Assembly (NCBI GenBank): GCA_937860055.1
Contig: CALMBO010000009.1
Span: 54,414-86,413 of the forward strand
DNA from: an uncultured Verrucomicrobiota bacterium
GTDB lineage: Bacteria > Verrucomicrobiota > Kiritimatiellia > CAIQIC01 > Lenti-01
DNA: 32,000 nt
Direction: 5' to 3'
Below the pieces are notes generated by a model. That model was not told where the DNA came from, did no database searches, and saw nothing but the letters and a program-made list of their open reading frames with translations. This document shows positions 25,304-32,000 of this stretch, in pieces. Position numbers and translations under genes: made by a program. How positions within the stretch are numbered: the stretch's first letter is position 1; every line of letters starts with the position of its first letter.

Positions 25304-28300
25304 ATGACATTGACGAAAGCGTCGGAGAAGCAGATCGAAAAACTGGCGGCCCAGGCCCAGGCCGGCTTCTTGGACAATGCCACCGGCGCGTTCTTCCGCC
25401 GCATCGACTGGTGGGCCTTCTGGATCGTGTTCCTGGCGACCTTCGGCGTCTATTTCTACACGCTGGCGCCGACGCTCACGCTGGAGGATTCCGGCGAGCT
25501 GGCGGTGGCGTCGGACTATCTCGGCGTCCCGCATCCGCCGGGCTATCCGATCTGGACGCTGGTGACCTGGTTCTTCCAATGGGTCTTCCACTGGGTGACG
25601 TACCACGGGCATCCGAATCCGGCGTGGTCGGTGGGGCTGGCCTCGGCGGTGGCCGGGGCGGGGGCGTGCGCCTTGCTGGCGCTGCTGATCAGCCGTTCGG
25701 GCGCGGACCTGCTGCGGAGCATTCCGGCGCTGACGGACAAGGTCGGGTTCCGCACGGAGAACCTGTTCTGCCTGGTGGCGGGCATCTCGGGCGGGCTGCT
25801 GCTGGCATTCAGCCCGGTGCTGTGGTCGCAGAGCGTCATCGTGGAGGTATACAGCCTCAACGCGCTGTTCCAGCTGGCGGTGCTGCTGCTGATCTACATG
25901 TGGATGTGCCGCCCCAAGAGCGACACGCTGCTGTTCCTGGCCGCGTTCCTGTTCGGGCTGGGGCTGACCAATCACCAGACGCTGCTGTTCCTGGGCCTCG
26001 CCCTGGCGGTGGCCGTGCTGATGAAGGACGCGAACCTGTTCCGCGATTTCGCGATCGCGGCGGTGCTCGTCGGCGTCGTGTTCCTGCTCGCGGCCAAGGG
26101 GGTGGGGGTGGTCGTCGGAAAGGCGCAGATGGAGCTGGCCGGGGCCGATCCCACGATCTGGAAATGGTCGAGGGGCCCCTATACCGAGCCCTTCTGGATC
26201 TACAACTACCTGTTCCTGGCGGTTCCGATCGCCCTGGCGCTGGGGAGCGCCCTGCGGGACCGGACGGCCTCGGCCCGCCTGGGGTTCGGATTCCTGGCGA
26301 GCATGGCCATCTACCTCTGCATGGTGGCGGCCGCCGCCTTCCACCTGCGCCTCCTGGCGGGGAACGCCCAGCTTGCGCCGGAAGTCATGCAGGAGGCCCA
26401 GGGCTTCAGTCCGTGGCTGTTCAACTCGCTGCTTCCTCCCGAGACGGAGCGGGCGGCGAGTCCCTTCGCGGCATGGCTGTGGCAGGGGCCCGGCCAGCGG
26501 CTGGGCTTCCTGCTCCAGGTCTCCCTCCTGCTGCCGGTGGTGCTGGCGCTGGTGCGGCTGCCGCACGGCAAGACGGTGTGCGCGACCATCCTCCTGGCGG
26601 AGCTGGGGGTGGCGTTCTACCTCTATCTGCCGTTCGCCTCGGAGCAGAATCCGCCGATGAACTGGGGATATCCGCGCACGTGGGAAGGCTTCATGCACGC
26701 GGTGACGCGCGGGCAATACGAGGCCATCGTTCCGACGGACGTCTTCAGCGAGAAGTTCATCCAGCAGCTGGGCGCCTACCTCTCCGACCTGCGCAGCCAG
26801 TTCTCGCTGCCGGTGGCGGTGCTGGGCTTCCTGCCCTTCTGTTCCTGGGGCCTGGTGCTGGGCGGCAAGCGCCGCTCGGCGTTCCCGCTGGCCCTGGGGC
26901 TGGTGCTGGCGTCGTCGGCGCTGATCGTGCTGGAAACGGTGGCGGGCTGGACGGGGGCGGAGAAGCTGTACCGCCTGCTGATCGCGCCGATCCTGTTGCT
27001 GGCGGGCTGGGGGTTCTTCACGCTGCTGGCGCTCTACCTGAACAAGCAGATCTCCGACCTGCGCAACTACGCACTGGGGACGAAGCTGGTCATCGGGGGC
27101 TTCCTGGCCGTGGTGGCGCTCGGCGTGGTGTGGGTGGACGTGATGACCCTGAAGGCGCTGTTCACGGACAAGACGCTGTCGCAGATGGGCCGGGTGATCT
27201 TCGCCGGGGTGGTGATCGGTCCGCCGGTGGCGGTGGCGCTGGCGTGGGCGCTGGGCCGGTCGCGCTTCCAGCTGGATTCCGACCTGGGGGTTTCGCAGCA
27301 GCGGTGGCTGCTCACCTCGATGGTGGGTTTCTTCTCGGTCAGCGTGATCTTCCTGATCTTCCAGAACCCGCAGCTGGACATCCAGAACCTGTTCATCGGC
27401 CGCGTGCAGTTCATCCAGAGCCATGCGCTCTATTCGCTGTGGCTGGGCTACGGCATCCTGCTGTCGACGGCGTGGCTGGAGCGGATGCTGGGCCGCAAGG
27501 CGCTGCTTCCGGCCATGCTGGCCGGCCTGCTGCTGCCGGGCATCCTGCTGTGGCAGAACGGATATGACGAGGAGCAGCTGCGGATCGTCGGCGGCGCGGA
27601 GCAGAACGGCCACCACTACGGCTGGCAGTTCGGCAACTGGTCGCTCGAGGGCATCGGGGGGATCCGGGAGGATTTCCAGTATTGGTTCCCGGACGAAGAG
27701 GACTTCGCCCGCGAATGGGGGGCGCTAACCAGCGCGATGGGCAAGCCCGAGCCGGACTATCCGCCGCCGATGACGGAGGGGGCGATCTTCTACGGCGGCA
27801 CCGATCCGGGGCGTTTCGTGCCGACCTACATGATCTATTCGGCGGACGTGCGGCCCGACGTGTATCTCATCACCCAGAACGCGCTGGCGGACAACACGTT
27901 CATGAACATCACGCGCGACCTCTACGGCGACACCATCTACATTCCGTCGCTGGAGGACAGCAACGAGGCCTTCCGCAAGTACGTCGACGACGTGAACGCC
28001 GGCCGCATCCAGGCCGGGGCCGACATCAAGATCGAGAACGGCAAGGTCAGCGTGCAGGGCGTCGGCGGCGTCATGACCATCAACGGCATCCTGGCGGACC
28101 TGATCTTCAAGGAAAACAAGGACAAGCACGACTTCTACGTCGAGGAAAGCTATGTCATCGGCTGGATGTATCCCTACCTGACGCCGCACGGGATCATCAT
28201 GAAGCTCAACCGCGATCCGGTGACGAGCCTGGATCCCCAGCTGGTGGAGAACGACCACAAGTTCTGGGGCTGGTACACGAAATGGCTGCTGGACCAGCCG

Positions 28301-29101
28301 GGGTTCCGCCGCGACATCTGCGCGCGGAAGTCCTTCTCGAAGCTCCGCAGCGCCATCGCGGGCATCTACGACTACCGGCGCATGTACGACGAGGCCGAAT
28401 ACGCCTTCAAGCAGTCCATCGACCTGTATCCGCTGAGCCCGGAGGCCAACTTCCGCCTGGCGCAGATGTACATGAACATGCAGCGGTTCGAGGATGCCGG
28501 GAACCTCATCCGGGCCTTTGCGGAGGCCGACCCCAAGAACGAAAGCTCCAAGGGGTTCCTCGCCCAGATCGAGGGCACGATGAAGATGTCCCAGCGCCGG
28601 AGAGAGATCGAGCGGAAGCAGCAGGAGACGGGTGTCCTGACTCCCGACGAGGCGCTCGAGCTGGTGTCGATCTACCGCGCCTCGGGCATGCAGGGGGCCT
28701 ACCAGAACCTGGCTTCGCGCCTGCTTTCCGACACGAATCTTCCGCCGCAGCACATCCTCGCGCTGGCGAGCTTCTTCGCGCAGGAGCAACGCGTCGAGGG
28801 CCTGATCTATGCGCTGGAGCAGTACGTCCGGCAGGAGAGCGGAAACCTGGACGTGTGGCTCGACCTGGCCGCCGCCCATGCCTTCCTGCGGCGCGACGCG
28901 AACGCCATCGAGGCCACGCGCCGGGCCATCGAGATCGGCGGCGACCGCGCCCGCGAGGCGATTCTGCGCGACCCGCGCTTCCAGCCGCTGGCCACCAACC
29001 GCGAATTCCGCGCGCTCTTCCCGCGACAGACCGCCCCGCGTCCGGCCGGTCCCGTTCCGTTCCAGGGCGGCGCGCTGCCGAATCTGCCCGGCCTGAGATA
29101 G
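25304..29101 (+). CDS. DUF2723-family polytopic membrane protein (putative glycosyl/mannosyl transferase-like) with C-terminal TPR region
   Basis: FLATFGVYFYTLAPTLTLEDSGELAVASDYLGVPHPPGYPIWTL is a DUF2723 hallmark. Many TM helices, then a soluble C-terminus with TPR-like repeats (AEYAFKQSIDLYPLSPEANFRLAQMYMNMQRFEDAGNLI). Start uncertain. Confidence 0.88.
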   Translation: MTLTKASEKQIEKLAAQAQAGFLDNATGAFFRRIDWWAFWIVFLATFGVYFYTLAPTLTLEDSGELAVASDYLGVPHPPGYPIWTLVTWFFQWVFHWVTYHGHPNPAWSVGLASAVAGAGACALLALLISRSGADLLRSIPALTDKVGFRTENLFCLVAGISGGLLLAFSPVLWSQSVIVEVYSLNALFQLAVLLLIYMWMCRPKSDTLLFLAAFLFGLGLTNHQTLLFLGLALAVAVLMKDANLFRDFAIAAVLVGVVFLLAAKGVGVVVGKAQMELAGADPTIWKWSRGPYTEPFWIYNYLFLAVPIALALGSALRDRTASARLGFGFLASMAIYLCMVAAAAFHLRLLAGNAQLAPEVMQEAQGFSPWLFNSLLPPETERAASPFAAWLWQGPGQRLGFLLQVSLLLPVVLALVRLPHGKTVCATILLAELGVAFYLYLPFASEQNPPMNWGYPRTWEGFMHAVTRGQYEAIVPTDVFSEKFIQQLGAYLSDLRSQFSLPVAVLGFLPFCSWGLVLGGKRRSAFPLALGLVLASSALIVLETVAGWTGAEKLYRLLIAPILLLAGWGFFTLLALYLNKQISDLRNYALGTKLVIGGFLAVVALGVVWVDVMTLKALFTDKTLSQMGRVIFAGVVIGPPVAVALAWALGRSRFQLDSDLGVSQQRWLLTSMVGFFSVSVIFLIFQNPQLDIQNLFIGRVQFIQSHALYSLWLGYGILLSTAWLERMLGRKALLPAMLAGLLLPGILLWQNGYDEEQLRIVGGAEQNGHHYGWQFGNWSLEGIGGIREDFQYWFPDEEDFAREWGALTSAMGKPEPDYPPPMTEGAIFYGGTDPGRFVPTYMIYSADVRPDVYLITQNALADNTFMNITRDLYGDTIYIPSLEDSNEAFRKYVDDVNAGRIQAGADIKIENGKVSVQGVGGVMTINGILADLIFKENKDKHDFYVEESYVIGWMYPYLTPHGIIMKLNRDPVTSLDPQLVENDHKFWGWYTKWLLDQPGFRRDICARKSFSKLRSAIAGIYDYRRMYDEAEYAFKQSIDLYPLSPEANFRLAQMYMNMQRFEDAGNLIRAFAEADPKNESSKGFLAQIEGTMKMSQRRREIERKQQETGVLTPDEALELVSIYRASGMQGAYQNLASRLLSDTNLPPQHILALASFFAQEQRVEGLIYALEQYVRQESGNLDVWLDLAAAHAFLRRDANAIEATRRAIEIGGDRAREAILRDPRFQPLATNREFRALFPRQTAPRPAGPVPFQGGALPNLPGLR

Positions 29102-29106
29102 CCGCC

Positions 29107-30087
29107 GTGGCCGATCCCGCCGGAGCCGCCGGTTTCGCGGCATTGACGCCCGATGCCGTGATGGACCGCGCCGAACGGGCCTCGGGGCGCCGGGTTTCCG
29201 GCATCTGCCGCCCGCTGACCTCCTACATCAACCGCGTCTACGAAGTCGGCCTCGAGGACGGCGGGTTCCTCGTCGCCAAGTTCTACCGTCCCGGGCGCTG
29301 GACGAGGGAGGCCCTGCAGGACGAGCAGGATTTCCTGCTCGAACTCGCCGCCGACGAGATTTCCGTCGTCGCGCCGCTGGCGGATGCGGAAGGCCGGACC
29401 CTCCATGAAGAAGACGGGATTTTCTTTGCCCTGTTCCCGCGCATGGGCGGACGCCCCTGCGACGAACCTTCCCGGGAGGAATGGCTGCAGATCGGCCGCC
29501 TGCTGGGGCGCATCCACCAGGTGGGCGCGCGCCATTCCGCCGCGAACCGCCTGGAGCTCCATCCGCGGAAATCCTCGCGGACGCATCTGGAGTTCCTGCG
29601 CGATTCCGGCGCGATCCCGTCCGAGGTCCAGGGCCGCTATCTCGACGTCGCGCAGCGCCTGCTCGACCGCATCGCGCCGATGTTCGATGGCATCGAAACG
29701 CAGCGCCTGCATGGCGATCTGCACCGCATGAACCTGCTCTGGCGGCCGGGCGAGGGATTCCACGCCATCGATTTCGACGACATGGCCATGGGGCCCGCCA
29801 TCCAGGACCTGTGGATGCTGCTGCCGGACCGCCTGCCGGCGGCGCGGCCCGAGTTCGAGCTGCTGCTGGAGGGCTACGACACCTTTGCGGAATACGACGA
29901 CGCGCAGACGCGGCTCATCGAGCCCCTGCGCGCCATGCGCTATCTGCACTATGCCGCCTGGTGCGCCCGCCAGAAGGCCGACGGGGGGCGCGGGCTTCTG
30001 GCCGCCGACTGGGGCACGGCGGAATTCTGGCGCCGCGAACTCGCCGATCTCCAGCGCCAGGCCCGGGATATCGAAGACCTGGCTTGA
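29107..30087 (+). CDS. APH-superfamily kinase, SrkA/RdoA (YihE)-like
   Basis: TSYINRVYEVGLEDGGFLVAKFYRPGRWTREALQDEQDFLLELAADEISVVAPL, QRLHGDLHRMNLLW, HAIDFDDMAMGPAIQDLWMLL (catalytic HGDLHxxN and DFDD). GTG start 5 nt after the DUF2723 stop; only the C-terminal part of ORF 27682..30087 is real. Confidence 0.85.
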   Translation: MADPAGAAGFAALTPDAVMDRAERASGRRVSGICRPLTSYINRVYEVGLEDGGFLVAKFYRPGRWTREALQDEQDFLLELAADEISVVAPLADAEGRTLHEEDGIFFALFPRMGGRPCDEPSREEWLQIGRLLGRIHQVGARHSAANRLELHPRKSSRTHLEFLRDSGAIPSEVQGRYLDVAQRLLDRIAPMFDGIETQRLHGDLHRMNLLWRPGEGFHAIDFDDMAMGPAIQDLWMLLPDRLPAARPEFELLLEGYDTFAEYDDAQTRLIEPLRAMRYLHYAAWCARQKADGGRGLLAADWGTAEFWRRELADLQRQARDIEDLA

Positions 30088-30098
30088 GCCATCCATTT

Positions 30099-30130
30099 TT
30101 TCCGGATTCGGGATTGAATCCCCGCGGAAA
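30099..30130. other. Intergenic imperfect hairpin
   Basis: TTTCCG-GATTC [gggatt] GAATC-cccg-CGGAAA. Confidence 0.4.
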
Positions 30131-30265
30131 GGGAGCGAGGATGGAATCGCAGATGAAAGCACGGGATGCAGGAATGGCGGCGCCGGGTAACGGGCATGGA
30201 TGGAAGATTTCCGCCGTTCCCGCCGCATCCCGATCCGGATACGCGAAGATCTGAGGCCCATACCG

Positions 30266-31114
30266 ATGTCGGAAAAGTTATGCGTGAAGAAGGCCGCCGA
30301 CCTCCTGGCTTTCCTCCATGCCTATTTGCATGGATGGTCCCGCAACACCATCAAGCAGCGGTTGCTGGCGGGCTGCGTTCGGGTAAACGGCGCGTCCGTC
30401 GGCCGGCATGATTTCGCGCTCAAGGCCGGCGACCAGGTCGAGGTTTCGGCGCCTTCCCGGCCGGCGGGCGATTCGCTGCCATCGCTGGAAATCCTGTATG
30501 CCGACCGCGATTTGATCGCCATCAACAAGCCGGCCGGCCTGTTGGCGGTGGGCACCACCCAGGAGAACCGGCGGCATGCCCTGGCCCTGCTCCGCCACCA
30601 GCTGTCGCGCCGGTCGTCCGCGGTCCGGCTATGGCCCGTGCACCGGATCGACCGGGACACGTCGGGCGTCCTGCTGTTTGCCACGTCCCGCGAAATGCGG
30701 GAGGCGGTCATGGCCCGGTGGACCACCGCCGAGAAGATCTACCTGGCGGTGGTGGAGGGGTGCCCGGCCCCTGCGCATGGCACGATCGACCAGCCCCTGC
30801 GGCTGGATGAAGAGGAATACCGGGTGCATGTGGGCGCCCATCCCCGCGCCAAGCCGGCGCGGACGCATTATGCGACCGAGAGCACGGAGGGGGGGAGATC
30901 CCTGGTGCGGATCCAGCTGGAAACCGGCCGGCAGCATCAGATCCGCGCGCACATGGCCTGGCTCGGCTGCCCTGTCGTGGGGGATCCTCGCTATGGCAAG
31001 GCGGGCGGACGCCTGGGCCTGCATGCCCTGAGATTGAAAATCGCCAGCCCCGGCGGCGGCAAGGATCTGATTTTCGAGGCGCCCGTTCCGGACGATTTTT
31101 GGGCGCTCCTGTAA
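30266..31114 (+). CDS. RluA-family rRNA/tRNA pseudouridine synthase with N-terminal S4 domain
   Basis: S4-like region NTIKQRLLAGCVRVNGASVGRHDFALKAGDQVEV; ILYADRDLIAINKPAGLLAVG; catalytic VHRIDRDTSGVLLFA; QIRAHMAWLGCPVVGDPRYG. Start reassigned to the ATG at 30266. Confidence 0.93.
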   Translation: MSEKLCVKKAADLLAFLHAYLHGWSRNTIKQRLLAGCVRVNGASVGRHDFALKAGDQVEVSAPSRPAGDSLPSLEILYADRDLIAINKPAGLLAVGTTQENRRHALALLRHQLSRRSSAVRLWPVHRIDRDTSGVLLFATSREMREAVMARWTTAEKIYLAVVEGCPAPAHGTIDQPLRLDEEEYRVHVGAHPRAKPARTHYATESTEGGRSLVRIQLETGRQHQIRAHMAWLGCPVVGDPRYGKAGGRLGLHALRLKIASPGGGKDLIFEAPVPDDFWALL

Positions 31115-31174
31115 GGCGGGCCGGGAAGCGCATTCATCCGGAGGGAGCGGCGCCGCCGTTCCGCACGGATATTC

Positions 31175-31933
31175 CTACATCTTCCGCGCGACGAACAGCC
31201 AATCCCACGGGAAGGGGGCTTTCATCCACCGCGGCGGGATCGCGAACTCGGTTCCCCAGGGATACTCGATTTTTTCGATCTCCAGCGTGCGCATGCCTCT
31301 GTTCCCCAGGAGGATCATCACTTCTTCCCTGAGGAAGTGCTTGGTTTCGATGCCGTCGATCCGCACGACCCCTTCATGGGCCCTGGGCTTGCGGATGGGC
31401 CGATGGGCCCGGAACCCGGAGCGGACGGCGCGGCCCGGCCGCATGCCTTCCCGGAGATTCCACTCGATCAGCCGGAAATCGGCGAGGAAGATGGATTCCA
31501 GGGCGGGCACGACTAGGACCAGATGCCCTCCGGGGCGGAGGTGCCGGCACGTGACGTCGAGGAGTCGGTTCCGGTGGGTGATCGAGGGCGAGATGGCGGA
31601 GTTCACGCACAGGGCGAAATCGGCGGGGGGGAGGCGCATGCCCGGTGCCGCCAGATCGGCGGTGCGATAGGACACGTTAGAGAGGCGGGAATGCGCCGCC
31701 CGGGCCTTGGCGATGCATTTGGACGACAGATCCAGCGCGAGGACCTTCCGGAACTGTCCGGCCAACAGCGGGAGAAAATGGCCGATGCCGCATCCGATGT
31801 CGCTCGCCGCCTGGTTCTTCTTTCCATACCGGCGGATCCGGCTTGCGATGAGGTCCGCCCGGTCATGCTCCCGCACGCTGAAGATCTCGTCTTCGTAGCG
31901 ATCGGCCATTCGGTTCCAATAGGTACGGTTCAT
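31175..31933 (-). CDS. Class I SAM-dependent methyltransferase
   Basis: MNRTYWNRMADRYEDEIFSV...ASDIGCGIGHFLPLLAGQFRKVLALDLSSKCIAKARA...DFALCVNSAISPS...HLRPGGHLVLVVPALES. Confidence 0.88.
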   Translation of the reverse strand: MNRTYWNRMADRYEDEIFSVREHDRADLIASRIRRYGKKNQAASDIGCGIGHFLPLLAGQFRKVLALDLSSKCIAKARAAHSRLSNVSYRTADLAAPGMRLPPADFALCVNSAISPSITHRNRLLDVTCRHLRPGGHLVLVVPALESIFLADFRLIEWNLREGMRPGRAVRSGFRAHRPIRKPRAHEGVVRIDGIETKHFLREEVMILLGNRGMRTLEIEKIEYPWGTEFAIPPRWMKAPFPWDWLFVARKM

Positions 31934-32000
31934 GGGGCGGCTTACCTTGGTTTCCAGATTTTCAAGCCTACGCCGGGGGAAAGGAGGGAGTCAAGGAAGG

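Noticed and set aside
25178-27616. 812-aa minus-strand ORF
   Set aside because: Antisense to the DUF2723 gene; low-complexity His/Gln/Arg-rich translation with no domain motif.
30140-30256. Small ORF MESQMKARDAGMAAPGNGHGWKISAVPAASRSGYAKI with an upstream purine-rich stretch
   Set aside because: Only 38 aa, no recognisable features and not supported beyond a weak RBS-like GGGAGCGAGG; insufficient for a CDS call.

Overview
GC-rich (roughly two-thirds G+C by eye), densely coded bacterial chromosome segment. Skp/OmpH plus LpxD imply a Gram-negative envelope. I could not assign a taxon; a PVC-type lineage is only a guess. Left to right: the 3' end of gatA and complete gatB; a GNAT acetyltransferase; a tightly packed plus-strand cassette made of (i) a ~988-aa beta-propeller-like + extracytoplasmic sensor + MFS transporter fusion, (ii) a membrane sensor-HAMP-PP2C/SpoIIE phosphatase, (iii) a STAS anti-anti-sigma protein, (iv) an RsbW-like HATPase and (v) an alpha-acetolactate decarboxylase; a minus-strand ABCG-like fused ABC transporter with a secreted partner; an orphan STAS gene; a CDF transporter; a Na/Pi cotransporter-PhoU protein; an eight-gene minus-strand arsenic operon (arsR, DUF318/ArsP-type permease, small thioredoxin, membrane-anchored thioredoxin, arsC, arsM, acr3, CcdA-like); a VWA protein; a small membrane protein preceded by an array of palindromes; skp-lpxD; a DUF2723+TPR membrane protein; an APH/SrkA-like kinase; an RluA-family pseudouridine synthase; and a SAM methyltransferase. 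The best candidates for undescribed systems are the sensor-transporter/partner-switching cassette (2239-7646) and the arsenic operon with a built-in transmembrane thiol relay (15910-21598). No CRISPR, tRNA, rRNA, transposase or integrase was recognised. All calls come from reading protein motifs and DNA by eye; no database search was run.
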